Assembly (NCBI RefSeq): GCF_009914755.1
Contig: NC_060935.1
DNA length: 64,000 nucleotides
Direction: 5' to 3' (one strand)
DNA from: the human T2T-CHM13v2.0 reference genome, Homo sapiens
The position numbers were made by a program, and so were the translations under genes. Every line of letters starts with the position of its first letter. The first letter of the stretch is position 1. Below the pieces are notes generated by a model. The model had not been told where the DNA came from. It searched no databases and was given only the letters and a program-made list of their open reading frames with translations. This document shows, piece after piece, positions 1-22,215 of this stretch.

Positions 1-111
1 AGCCCCGGTATCTACTTCTTCCTTGGGAGCATCATCTCCCCACTTTCTGCCACTGGAAAACTCCCCCGAACTGTAAAGTTCCTTGGCACGCTCATGTGCA
101 GTACGTTTCCT
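1..111 (-). CDS. INTS4: INTS4 exon 10, partial (RKRTAHERAKELYSSGEFSSGRKWGDDAPKEEVDTGA...), continues beyond the window start
   Basis: Acceptor ctgcag|AGG. Open reading frame to position 1, matching the recognised INTS4 sequence. Confidence 0.95.
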
Positions 112-480
112 CTGCAGAGGACAACAACAATTACCAATTGTAGGAGGTTCATGAAGGAACACTAAGATGAACCCTGAGAACATGGGAAGGCAGAAAATAA
201 AACTGCTCTTTGAGAGTTACGTTTGTAAAAATTATCAGTAGTTCATACAAGAGAAATGCAAATTCAACTTAAAATGAAACCAAAGCCTTGCTGGTCTATA
301 ATAGCTGAAAGTACCTAATTAAAGAGGATAAAGATAGCTGAAGAATGTGTTAAGAAAGTCGGTTATGTTTGCTGTGGCAGCAACATAGGAAAGAGAGAGC
401 CAGAGAGGCAAATAATGGCAGTGCCCCTCCAAAAGCCATCTTGGGTAGACAATACGTTGACTCTAAGAAAACAATTATCG

Positions 481-5930
<5,450 letters not shown>

Positions 5931-5942
5931 ATTTAAAGATTA

Positions 5943-6209
5943 TACAGGTTCAACATCCCAATTCCAAAAATCTGAAATCCAAAATGCTCCAAAATCCAAA
6001 ACTTTTTGAGTACCAACATGATGCTCAAAGGAAATGTTCACTGGAGCACTTCACATTTTGGATTTTGGAGCATATTTCAGATTTGGGATGCCCAACAAGT
6101 AAGTATAATACAAATAAACTATTCCAAAATCCAAAAGCAAAACAAAACAAAACAAAATCCAAAACACTTCTGGTCTCAAGCATTTTGGATAGGGGATACT
6201 CAATCTGTA
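5943..6209. mobile_element. Tigger4a/MER46-like DNA transposon
   Basis: Terminal inverted repeats TACAGGTT...AATCTGTA and internal aaatccaaaatgctccaaaatc motifs. Confidence 0.8.
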
Positions 6210-7765
6210 TGAAGATTTGTTTAAAAAAAAATGGCTCACCAGAGTTACCTGGCACATATCACCCACAACAAAAAGGGACCAAAATAACAAATAACTATAT
6301 TTCAACTAAAATGACTGTAGATATATGCTGCAGAGCACCAGAGAAAGGGCAAAATCCCTGTGGAGCATGGAAGCCTCAGGATAGCACCACAGGGAAGGGA
6401 GTGAGGTTTCCTACCTGCCACACTGTCTCCCTTGCCAAAATCAGCTTAAAATCAGAGGAAATTCTTACAGGGAAAAAGTAAGCTAGAGATACCTATCAGT
6501 GGTCCCCACTGCTGCCACAGGCACCAGCAATTCTTGATAAAGGAGAGTCCTTAAGTCCTCAGTGGCCACAAATCCAGTCTGGAGAGTAGCCAAGAGATCA
6601 TTCAGCTGTACTGCCTCAGAGTGGGAGCCCACCTTGTCCTAAGCTGCTGTAGCATGGCACCAAGTTGAAGCTAGACTCACTACTAGTGTGCATCCTGCCC
6701 TGGGGACCAGTAGCAACTGACTCTCTTCATCCCTGAGAACCCGCCATCATTCTACCATGATCACATGATGGCCTGCAGCACCATAACCCCATCCACATAG
6801 AGTCTAGGTCAAACAGAGTGACGATGATCTCAGCATCAGACCCCACATAGCGCTACCAACCATCCAGAAAACAGGCAGACATGCACAGCAAGGAAGCCAT
6901 CAAATAGACAGCTGGCAGCGCTTTACCCAACACCCCTGTTCCATACAACCATCTGGGCTGCCAAGTATGCACACGCCAGTACTCAGCCAAAAAGCCAATC
7001 CTGCGGCAGCCCCACTCCCTCACAACCCATCACAGAACCACCTGCCCACGCCCTGCCTGACAGCTGGTAATTCAGTGGTCCTGTCCCCTAAAACTGGCCA
7101 CGATAGAGTCCCAGAGTCCCACAGTCCCACAGCACACAGTCCAACTGGTCCTGTGGTAGCCCTGGCCCCCTACCATAGACTGCTGCCAAACTGCCCAGCC
7201 CCACTGCACAAAAGCATTTGAGCCTAGCCCAAAGCAACAGCCAACCAGGCAGTAGCCCCATTTCCCTACATAGCCACAGAGCTGCCCAGCAGGCCACCGC
7301 GGCAAAGGCCTGAGCCCAGCACGACAGCCACCACAGCAGCAACTACTGCCTCCCTGGAAAACCAGATAGACAGCCTGGCAGCCATTTTAGCCTGTACATG
7401 TCTTGGCCAGAAATCAGCTCAGTACCCTCATCTACAGCATTGCCATCACAAACTCCCACAGCCTAGGCAACTGAGGCAATTGCAAACATCAATGACTAGG
7501 ATTATAGCTGAAGATTACAGCTGAAGCTGACAAGGATTATTACACCACCCACTGAGTCCACCCAGAACCAAAGGCAACACACCATACCCAACTAATACCC
7601 TAAAACCATCTACAGAAAAAGACTGTTACTATATACTAGCTACTCAATAAAATTGAAAAGAGCAACTACTCTACTAAATGCACAGATATCAACATCCAGT
7701 ATCTTACACACGATAAATGAAAATCAAGGAAACATGACACCCTCAAAGGAATACAGTAAGTCTCC

Positions 7766-10420
<2,655 letters not shown>

Positions 10421-10513
10421 ATAAAATCTTGTCATTTGCCACATCGATAAACCTGGAGGACATCATGTAAAGTGAAATAAGCCAGACATGGAAAGGCAAA
10501 TATTGCATGATCT

Positions 10514-11656
10514 AAGACTTAAACATAAGACCTAAAACCATAAAAACCCTAGAAGAAAACCTAGGCAATACCATTCAGGACATAGGCATGGGCAAAGACT
10601 TCATGACTAAAACACCAAAAGCAATGGCAACGAAGCCAAAATTGAGAAATGGGATCTAATTAAACTAAAGAGCTTCTGCACAGCAAAAGAAACTATCATC
10701 AGAGTGAACAAGCAACCTACAGAATGGGAGAAAATTTTTGCAATCTATCCATCTGCCAAAGAGCTAATATCCAGAATCTACAAAGAACTTAAACAAATTT
10801 ACAAAAAAAAAAAAAAAAACCATCAAAAAGTGGGTGAAGGATATGAACAGACACTTCTCAAAAGAAGACATTTATGTGACCAACAAACATATGAAAGAAA
10901 GCTCATCATCACTGGTCATTAGAGAAATGCAAATCAAAACCACAATGAGATACCATCTCACACCAGTTAGAATGGCAATCATTAAAAAGTCAGAAAACAA
11001 CAGGTGCTGGAGAGGATGTGGAGAAACAGGAACACTTTCACACTGTTGGTGGGAGTGTAAATTAGTTCAGCCATTGTGGAAGACAGCATGGCGATTCCTC
11101 AAGGATCTAGAACCAGAAATACCATTTGACCCAGCAATCCCATTACTGGGTATATACCCAAAGGATTATAAATCATTCTACTATAAAAACACATGCACAC
11201 GTATGTTTATTGCAGCACTGTTCACAACAGTAAAGACTTAGAACCAACCCAAAGGCCCATCAATGATAGACTGGACAAAGAAAATGTGGCGCATATACAC
11301 CATGGAATACCATGCAGCCACAAAAAAGGATGAGTTCATGTTCTGTGCAGGGACATGGATGAAGCTGGAAACCATCATTCTCAGCAAACTAACACAAGAA
11401 CAGAAAACCAAATACCGCATGTTCTCACTCATAAGTGAGAGTTGAACAATGTGAACACATGGACACAAGGAGGGAAACATCACACACCAGGGACTGTCAG
11501 AGGGTGGGGGCTGGGGGAGGGACAGCATTAGGAGAAATACCTAATGTAGATGATAGGTTGACGGGTGCAGCAAACTACCATGGCACATGTATACCTATGT
11601 CACAAACCTGCATGTTCTGCACATGTATCCCAGAACTTAAAGTATTAAAAAAAAAA
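10514..11656 (+). mobile_element. 5'-truncated L1PA7/8-like element nested in an older L1M 3' end
   Basis: ORF2 C-terminal ORFs 10704..11445, 3'UTR and A tail. Confidence 0.9.
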
Positions 11657-12000
11657 TTGATATCATAGAGGCAGAGAGTATAACAGTGGTTAGCAGACAC
11701 TGGGGAGGGGAGGGAGTAGGAGAGAATGGGAAGAGACTGGACAACAGATACAAAGTCACAATGAAGAGAAATAAATTCTGGTGTTCAACTGCACATAAAG
11801 GTGACTATGATTAACAGTAAAATATTGTATATTACAAAATATACAATATTATAGCTGCAAGAGAGGCTGTTGAAAGTTCATGACAAAGAAATGATAAATG
11901 TATGAGGTGATAACTATACTAACTATCCTGATTGGATTAATATTCAACATAGATGTGTATCAAAACATCAACTTGTGCCCCATATATACAATGTGTCAAT

Positions 12001-13370
12001 TTTTGTTTGTTTGTTTTATTATACTTTAAGTTTTAGGGTACGTGTGCACAACGTGCAGGTTAGTTACATATGTACACATATGCCATGTTGGTGTGCTGTA
12101 CCCATCAACTGGTCATTTAACATTAGGTATATCTCCTAATGCTATCCCTCCCCCCTCCCCCCACCCCACAACAGGCCCTGGTGTGTGATGTTCCCCTTCC
12201 TGTGTCCATGTGTTCTCATTGTTCAATTCCCACCTATGAGTGAGAACAGGCGGTGTTTGGATTTTTTGTCCTTGTGATAGTTTGCTGAGAATGATGGTTT
12301 CCAGCTTCATCCATGTCCCTACAAAGGACATGAACTCATCATTTTTTATGGCTGCATAGGATTCCATGGTGTATATGTGCCACATTTTCTTAATCCAGTC
12401 TGTCATTGTTGGACATCTGGCTTGGTTCCAAGTCTTTGCTATTGTGAATAGTGCCACAATAAACATACATGTGCTTGTGTCTTTATAGCAGCGTGATTTA
12501 TAATCCTTTGGGTATAGACCCAGTAATGGGATTGCTGGGTCAAATGGTATTTCTAGTTCAAGATCCCTGAGGAATCGCTACAGGTACCAAAAGAGAGAGA
12601 TAGACCAATGGAACAGAACAGAACCCTCAGAAATAATGCCGCATATCTACAACCATCTGATCTTTGACAAATCTGACAAAAACAAGAAATGGGGAAAGGA
12701 TTCTCTATTTAATAAATGGTGCTGGGAAAACTGGCTAGTCATATGTAGAAAGCTGAAACTGGATCCCTTCCTTACACCTTATACAAAAATTAATTCAAGA
12801 TGGATTAAAGACTTAAATGTTAGACCTAAAACCATAAAAATCCTAGAAGAAAACCTAGGCAATACCATTCAGGACCCAGGCATGGGCAAGGACTTCATGT
12901 CAAAAACACCAAAAGCAATGGTAACAAAAGCCAAAATTGACAAATGGGATCTAATTAAACTAAAGAGCTTGTGCACAGCAAAAGAAACTACCATCAGAGT
13001 GAACAGGCAACCTACAGAATGGGAGAAAATTTTTGCAATCTACTCATCCGACAAAGGGCTAATACCCCGAATCTACAATGAACTCAAACAAATCTACAAG
13101 AAAAAAACAAACAGCCCCATCAAAAAGTGGGCGAAGGATATGAGCAGACACTTCTCAAAAGAAGACATTTATGCAGCCAAAAGACACAGGAAAAAATGCT
13201 CATCATCACTGGCCATCAGAGAAATGCAAATCAAAACCATAATGAGATACCATCTCACACCAGTTAGAATGGCAATCATTAAAAAGTCAGGAAACAACAG
13301 GTGCTGGAGAGGATGTGGAGAAATAGGAACACTTTTACACTGTTGGTGGGACTGTAAACTAGTTCAACCA
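12001..13370 (-). mobile_element. 5'-truncated L1PA4-like element with a twin-priming inversion (3' end on minus strand 12001-12582, inverted ORF2 piece on plus strand 12583-13370)
   Basis: TSD CAATGTGTCAATTTTT at 11989-12004 and 13369-13384. ORF2 C-terminal translation in ORF 12636..13397. L1 3'UTR and tail on the minus strand. Confidence 0.92.
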
Positions 13371-14859
13371 ATGTGTCAATTTTTTAAAATTAATTAATTT
13401 TTAATGAAAGATTGTACACAAATCACTTGATCACAGGTTTATCTACTGGAGAGCTGGAGTAGAGCAGCTTTACCTCTTAGCTTGCACAGAGATACTAATA
13501 AAGCAGCAGGGCCTTAACTGGCCAATCCCAATGTGTAACTGGATACTCACCAGGAAAGGATTATACGTGGGCTTTAGATTATGAAGTTTGAAGTCCTCAT
13601 CTGTCATTTACTATCTGTGTGGTCTCAGACAAATTATACCACATTCCTAAATTTTAATTTTGTTATTTATAAGTAATACATTTACCTCAGAGAGTTTAAA
13701 AAGATTAAAAGTTACTTGCAAAAGTATGCAAATGAGTTAGGCATGTGTGCTTGTATATAAAGAAGTGGGTTAATAGTTATGTGTGAATATGTGTGTATTT
13801 ATGTGTGTATGTATGACTAAAAATGCCTCATTTAGTAGGCCAGGAACTCTATACATAGTAGTAATTATTATTATCAGCAAGATAAGAATGATTATTTTTT
13901 CTGAATACAAACATAATTACTTATATAATTTGAAGCTGTTCAGATTTAACATGAAATTGTAACACAAGGCATGTGACTCAAGTTAGAGTCATTCAAGTAG
14001 AAATTTCAATGTACCATATGTTATACATACAACTTTATGCAAATAAATTTCAGATCCTATAGAGTACAAAACTGAAAATTTTGAATGATTCTTACTTTAA
14101 GGATTACTTTTTAAAACTGCCTATTCAGGTAAAGATATATCATTAATTTACTCCTCTAAAACATCTTTCTCCTCCCCACTCCCACCTAGAGTTCATTGTA
14201 GATCCTCTGTAAATGCCGAATGAAAGGATCTGATGAATGATTAGACTGTTCTGAATTTTAAAACATTCATAACCCAAAAGAAAGTTTTAAAATATGAATT
14301 CAGAAATAAAATCAGTAACAGCTGGCTTGTTTAACTCTACTATGCACAAGAGTGGAAATACTCCAATCATCCATTACTATATCTCATGAAAGTGCTTCAC
14401 ACAGGTTTCAGCAAATACTCCCATAAATACTGGTCACAGGACTAAAGCTATCACCGGATCAGTGTCCAGTACAGTCAGAAACAAAGCATTCAGCCAACAA
14501 TCTCACCAAGAGTGGCAGGGCTGGGGGCACTCAAAGGGGAAGTGTCCAAAAAGAATCACAGATTTTCCTGCTGTGACACGTATACAAATTTTTATAGATA
14601 CTTACACACACATATATTTATATACTATGCCCCCACCCACCCTACATAGTATAGTACTTTTTAGTTTATAAACATTTTCATAGACTGTATCTCATTTGAG
14701 CATCATGACAACACTGTCAGGTAAATATGAGAGATATTAGAACCCCACTTAACAGATGAGGAAACTGAGACTAATATCAAGTGACATATACAAGGTAACA
14801 CAGATATAAAATAAGGGTATTAGGCCAACACTCTATTACAAAACAATTTTATCCCTTAA

Positions 14860-15225
<366 letters not shown>

Positions 15226-15818
15226 TAGCTAGGACTAGAGGCGTGTGCCACCATGCCCAGCTAATTTTTCTATTTTTAGTAGAGACGGGGTTTCACCATG
15301 TTGGCCAGGATGGTCTCGATCTCTTGACCTCGTGATCCGCCCGCCTTGGCCTCCCAAAGTGCTGGGATTATAGGCGTGAGCCACAAAAGTTAAAAATTTT
15401 CAATAAATGTGCTGAGTCCTCAAAAAGAAAACAGAAAAGTACCAAGCTAAAAGATGCAAGATCAGGATCTGACCTCACTCTACAATTTTCTGTCTGTATA
15501 AGCTGGATAACTTACTTAACTCCTCAGAGCCTCAGTTTTCTCATCTAGAAAATGATAACAGCATTTTAAAAAAAAAAAATTTTTTTAATTTTTTAAAATT
15601 TTATTTTTTGAAAAATAGAGATGGGGTCTTGCTGTGTTGCCCAGGCTGGTCTTGAACTCCTGGGCTCAAATGACCTGCCCACCTCAGCCTCCTAAAGTGC
15701 TAGGATTATGGGCATGAGCCACCATGCCCCAACTGGATAATGGCATCTATCCTGCAGGGTTACTGTAAAGAGAAAATGAGAAAATATATGTAAGGGGCCT
15801 CCTTCAAATTATCTAAGA

Positions 15819-16152
15819 TAGTGGTCCCCCACCTTTTTGGCATCCGGGTTCAGTTTCATGGAAGAAACCAGAAAGAGTGGTGAAGCAGGGTAATTTTAGG
15901 ATGAAACTGTTCCACCTCAGATCATCAGGAATTAGACTCTCACAAGGAGGATGAAACCTAGATCCCGCACATGCTCAGTTCACAATAGGGTTCACACTCC
16001 TATGATAATCTAATGCAGCTGCTGATCTGACAGCAGGCAGAGCTCAGGCAGTAATACTTGCTCATCTACCACTCACCTCCTGTTGTGTGGCCTGGTTCCT
16101 AACAAGCCATGGACCAGGACTGGTCCACAGCGTGGGGGTTTGAGCCTCCTGA
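15819..16152 (+). mobile_element. MER1B (hAT-Charlie) DNA transposon inside a MIR
   Basis: gtggtccccc(a)acctttttggca...agatcatcagg.attaga.tctca.aaggag...cctagatccc. Confidence 0.8.
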
Positions 16153-16798
16153 ACTAGGACATAACAAGTGCTTAATAAATGGGAAAAACTTTTTTTTTAT
16201 TGTTTTCCTTTTTCTCTAGGCTCCGGCTATCTTAATTCCTAGTAGGGTTAATAGAATTATGTTTTAAGATTCTTTCTAGTTCTAAAAGGCTATTTCTCTA
16301 CAGGAGAGTGAACTATTTCTTTCTATATTAAGAAATTCTGGGGCTGGGAGTAGTGGCTTAAACCTGTAATCCCAACAATTTGGGAGGCCAAGGCAGAAGG
16401 ATCACTTGAGCCTAGGAATTCAAGACCAGCCTGGGCACAAAGCAAGACCCCATGTCTACAAAAAATACAAATTAGCTAGGCAGGGTGGCACATGCCTGTA
16501 GTCCCAGCTACTCAGGAGGCTGAGGTGGAAGGATTGCTTGAGCCCGGCAGGTCAAGGCTGCAGTGAGCCGTGACTGCACTATTGCACTCCTGCCTGAGCA
16601 ACAGAGGAAGACCCTGTCTCAAGAAAAGAAAAAGGAAAATAAATTCTGGGGTTTTAAATTCAGGTCACACTGCCCCATCTGTAGTTTCTCAAAATGTCTG
16701 TAAAAACTTAATGAGAAATGTGCTCATTTAAAAAAAGGATTATTGGCTGGGTGTAGTGGCTCACATCTATAATCCCAGCCTTTTTTTTTTTTTTTTGA

Positions 16799-17014
<216 letters not shown>

Positions 17015-17225
17015 TGATCCGCCTGCCTTGGCCTCCCAAAGTGCTGGAATTACAGGTGTGAGTCACCGCACCCAGCCTATAATCCCAGTCTTTTGGGAGG
17101 CTGAGGCAGGAGGACTGCTTGAGGCCAAGAGTTTGAGACCAACCTGGGCCACACAGTCCTCATTTCTACAGAAAAGAAAATAAATATATACATGCATACA
17201 TACATACATAAAAAGTATAACTTAC

Positions 17226-17346
17226 CAACAGTTTTGCTGCCTGAACACGAACCACCCAAGAGCCATCACTGACCATGTGACAAATTTTGCCAAACGCATC
17301 ATCAACTAAGCGTATTTCTTCATTAGAAGAAGGAATTGGGACAATG
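17226..17346 (-). CDS. INTS4: INTS4 exon 8 (IVPIPSSNEEIRLVDDAFGKICHMVSDGSWVVRVQAAKLL, 121 nt)
   Basis: Acceptor tttag|C, donor TTG|GTAAGT. 89+121 nt restores phase 0. Confidence 0.96.
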
Positions 17347-17650
17347 CTAAATTAAAAGAAAAGAAATGAAATCACTTAGAACAAAACATGAACCTAAGTC
17401 TGCAGGCTCAGGCCAGGCACAGTGGCTCACATCTATAATCCCAACACTTTGGGAGGCCCAGGCAGGTAGATTGCTTGAGCCCAAGAGTTCAAGACCAACC
17501 TGAGCAATATGGCAAAACCTCATCTCTACAAAAAAAATACAAAAATTAGCTAGGCGTGGTGGCATGCGCTGATAGTCCCAGCTACTTGGGAGGCTGAAGT
17601 GGGAAGATTACTTTAGCTCTGGAGGTGAAGGTTGCGGTGAGCTGAGATCA

Positions 17651-17881
<231 letters not shown>

Positions 17882-17884
17882 TCA

Positions 17885-18157
<273 letters not shown>

Positions 18158-18949
18158 TCACTCTGGGAGTACAAACCAACTCTTTCAGTTGCATTACAAA
18201 TTATGCTTTTTTTTGAGACAGGGTCTCACTTCTGTCGCCCAGGCTGGAGTGCAGTGGCGTGAGCACTGCTCACCACAGTGTCAACTTCCTGGGCTCAGGT
18301 GATCCTCCCAGTTCACCCTCCTGAGTAGCCGGGACTACAAAAGCATGCCACCACACCCAGCTAATTTTTTATATTTTTAGTAGAGATGGTTCACCATGTT
18401 GCCCAGGCTGATCTCAAACTCCTGAGATCAAGCAATCCACCCGCCTCAGCCTCCCAAAGTGCTAGGATTACAGGGCTGAGTCACTGCAACCAGGTGCAAA
18501 TTTTCAATGTATTGAATAAAAGTGTGTAACCCACCAAAGGTTCAGCCAGGCGTGTAATCCCAGCACACTGAGATACTGAGGCGGGCAGATTACCTGAAGC
18601 CAGGGGTTCAAGACCAGCCTACCCAACATGGCAAAACCTCATCTCTACTAAAAGTACAAAAAATGAGCTGGGTGTGGTGGTGCGCGACTGTAATTCCAGC
18701 TACTTGGGAGGCTCAGGCATGAGAATTGCTTCAACCCAGGAGTTGGAGGTTGTAGTAAGCCGAGATCACATCACTGCACTGCAGCCTGGGCCACAGAGCA
18801 AGACCCTGCCTTAAAAAAAAAAGTACGTAACCCACCAAAGGTTCAAAGATTTATGAAATTATCAAAAACTAGCTTCCACCGAATATTTCATATCCTTAAG
18901 TTTATTATCTTCTGTAACTGAACTTCTTTTTTTTTTTTTTTTTTTTTGA

Positions 18950-19163
<214 letters not shown>

Positions 19164-20008
19164 TGAGGTGATCCGCCCACCTCGGCCTCCGAAAGTGCTG
19201 GGATTACAGGCACCACCGTGTCCAGACTGAACTTCTATAAATACAGTAAATCTCAGAATAAATCAATATAAAACTTACTTATCAATCCAGTCCTAAAAGA
19301 AGACACAATTTCCAGTTAGCCCTTTTCTTTGTATGTGTCTAAGTCCTAAAACACTACAAATGGAGCCTACTCCTACAGGTTTATTAATTCATTCTGGTTT
19401 TCAAATTCTGGCAGTTTAATGAACAGGAAAAAACACCCCTTTTTCCTATACAAGGAAAAATAAAATATTCTATAAATATTTATAAATAAAAGATAAATAA
19501 ACATTTATAAATATAATATTCTATCTTACAAAATATAATAAATAATATTGCCTACCTCCTCAAAGAATCACTGTGGTTAATTTAATTGCTGTGAAAATAT
19601 TTTTAACCAGGAAAACTACATAAGAGATCATTATTCTCAAACTCATCTGGTATCTTTATCTGGCATTTGGCACAAGCCAAACTAAAATGGGTCCCAAACA
19701 ATTTTAAAGATTTTTTTGTAAAGTACTGAAAACCATTTAAGAAAGATATTCCAATTTCTTCACTTATGGATGAGAAGGTTAGGATAAAAGAAGTGAAGTA
19801 TCTTTCCAAAGTGTACAGAAAGTTCCTATCAGAGATGAAAAATGAGGACCAGGCAATCTGATTTTCAGGGCCTGTGCTTTTCCCTTATTCCCCATTGCCT
19901 TCCAAAAATGTAACCAACATTTCTTTTCTAGAAGTGGGCTTTTTGCATGGTGAGAGGAGAGGAAAACGGCTTCACAATCAACAAAAGCCAGCTTACACCC
20001 ACACTGAC

Positions 20009-20097
20009 CTTTCAGGATAGAGCTGACTGACGACCCAGATAAGCTGGACTGCAGCACTGCGCACTTGTTCATAGTCATCAGAGAGTAATTTACAGGC
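20009..20097 (-). CDS. INTS4: INTS4 exon 7 (ACKLLSDDYEQVRSAAVQLIWVVSQLYPE, 89 nt)
   Basis: Acceptor ttgcag|GCC, donor AG|GTCAGT. Confidence 0.95.
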
Positions 20098-21199
20098 CTG
20101 CAAAGAAGAATTCCAAAAGTCTATTAGTTCTGTGTCCTCTCAGGCAATGTTTAAACTATTTTCAAAGTGAAGATAGGGTGGTTGGATAAGGATGCCCAGT
20201 AAAACACTTGTGTGTGGTTTTAACTTCTGGAATCTTTGCTTAAAAATGAATCTTGACCTCTGTCAGCTGCTCTGGCTGTATTCTGACTATGCACCCTACC
20301 CCATGTCTGAAAGGAGAATCACAGACTGACAGCATAAAAACATCTAGAACAGATCAAACCCAGCAAAGCATGCTGGGAGCAAACAGTACTGTTCTCACAG
20401 GTTCAAACACCAATTATGGCTTTTTCCTCCCCCTGTAAAAATCAAAGCACACACTTCTGTTTACCTTGGTCTGAAATCATTGGCCTCTGTTTCAATCCAC
20501 TCACTCTTTCTGGGTAGCCCCATACTCCCTAAATACTGATGGCTTTGAATACCTACCCTTAGCTCTGATTTCTCCTGATCTCCAGGCCTTTATAACTACT
20601 TATGGCTGGAATTCTCTTCATGGATGTCCCATCAAACTTTTATACTCAACACACGCAAACCTGAACTCATTAAGGAAGCAAATTCTACCTTATATCTTAA
20701 ATTCTACACTATCAGTCCATCCTCACTCCCTTGATGCTGTCATTACTGCTTGCCTAGATTACTAACAGAGTCTTACGCCACCAAACATCTGAATCAGCCA
20801 ACTAACTTCCCTTCCTCTGAGTCCTTACGATCCAAGTTTCCTTTGAATTATTTGGCTTCCCACATAGTTTTCTTATAGAAAAAGAAGGCGATGGTCACAC
20901 CACCACAAGCATTCTGGACCCATTCTACTTCATTCAATAGAGGAATAAACTTGGTTTACACATCTGTGATGGGGCTTGGCTAATTATCTTCTTCCCATGA
21001 GAGATAAAACCACTCTTGGCAGGCTAACAAAACCTAATCTCTGAACGTGGATTTAGATTCCTTTTACCAGATTCAGTCAATTATCCTCCAAGAGAAATAC
21101 AGCCTCATAAGGCCTTTTGGTTGGCCATCAATCAGCTTTTCCACAACTTCATTATACCTTTCTTTACCACTACTACTACATGCATGTGACTTTTTTTTT

Positions 21200-21560
21200 A
21201 TATGATCCTACGGTCTTGGTCACCCTTCTCCAGACACACTCTAGTTTGTGAAGTGTGGTGCCCAGAAATGAGTTCATGTACGGCCCAACCAAACAGTGAT
21301 CAGAAAGACTAACACGTTCCTTATTCTAAATGCTACACTTTTCTTCAGGTACTCTCACTCTCATACTGAACTTTGTAAATCCTCCTAAAAGTCCTTTTCA
21401 CATGTACTAGCGCTATTTAATTACATAACCTCCATTCTCTTCCTGAAAAGTATGTTTTGAATATGACTTCACATCCATCCCAATCAACGCTGCCACTGTT
21501 AACTAGCGAAGTCCTTACGTTTTCAAATTCTGAGAACCTGTGTGCCGCCCTCCCAGCTTC
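21200..21560. repeat. Probable L3/CR1 remnant
   Basis: gtgtggtgcccagaa... resembles CR1-type sequence. Confidence 0.4.
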
Positions 21561-21603
21561 ATGATACCTCCAACCCCTTCCAGACAGTAATCATATAAGG
21601 TAC

Positions 21604-21654
21604 CTGATTATAAATTGTTTGGTGTAATTTCAGTCCTCTTTCATGGAGCTGCAA
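21604..21654 (-). CDS. INTS4: INTS4 exon 6 (LQLHERGLKLHQTIYNQ, 51 nt)
   Basis: Acceptor atctag|TTG, donor CAG|GTACCT. In frame. Confidence 0.94.
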
Positions 21655-22215
21655 CTAGATAATAAATATATAGTTTAAGTGCTTGGGAGGAAAAGAGCAA
21701 TATTTCCAATGTCTCCCCACAATCTCACATATTTTCCCCTATTGTATCAGGCTAACATGGTTCCTTTTAGCCAAAATTAGTGCTATATAAATAAGAAACC
21801 TTGTCGTCTTTCAATAGGAGCATTCAAGCATTTCACAAATCTAACCCATGGACTGTCCCAAGAAGGTATTAGAAAAATATGAAATAATGATATGAAGCCT
21901 AAAGAAAAAATGATTAACACCACCTCCCCCTATTATAATATCATACCAAGTCATATGCCTCCAAGTCGAAGGAATTATAACAGGTTCCTATTGTGCTTTC
22001 CATGTTTCATAAATACACATGAAAGCTACCAGAGAAAGCCAAAAAAGCACACTTGTATACAGGAATGTGTGTCACTGAGTTCTGTGAGGCCACCACCAAT
22101 ACCCTCCTGAAAGTATATGCTGAAGAATTTACAATGTATCCAAGGCAGCACTAGCTATAAACTTAAAAAACAAAAATGAACACTAGCCCCAACTAGTTTC
22201 CATAATCACATTTAC

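Noticed and set aside
5984-6481. 165-aa ORF
   Set aside because: It spans a Tigger4a MITE and the L1M 5' end and shows no protein-like features.
6967-7342. Overlapping Pro/Gly-rich ORFs in a C-rich segment
   Set aside because: Best explained as a decayed L1M 5'UTR.
12636-13397. 253-aa ORF, the longest in the track
   Set aside because: It is an L1 ORF2 C-terminal fragment inside a truncated, inverted L1 with no promoter, not a gene.
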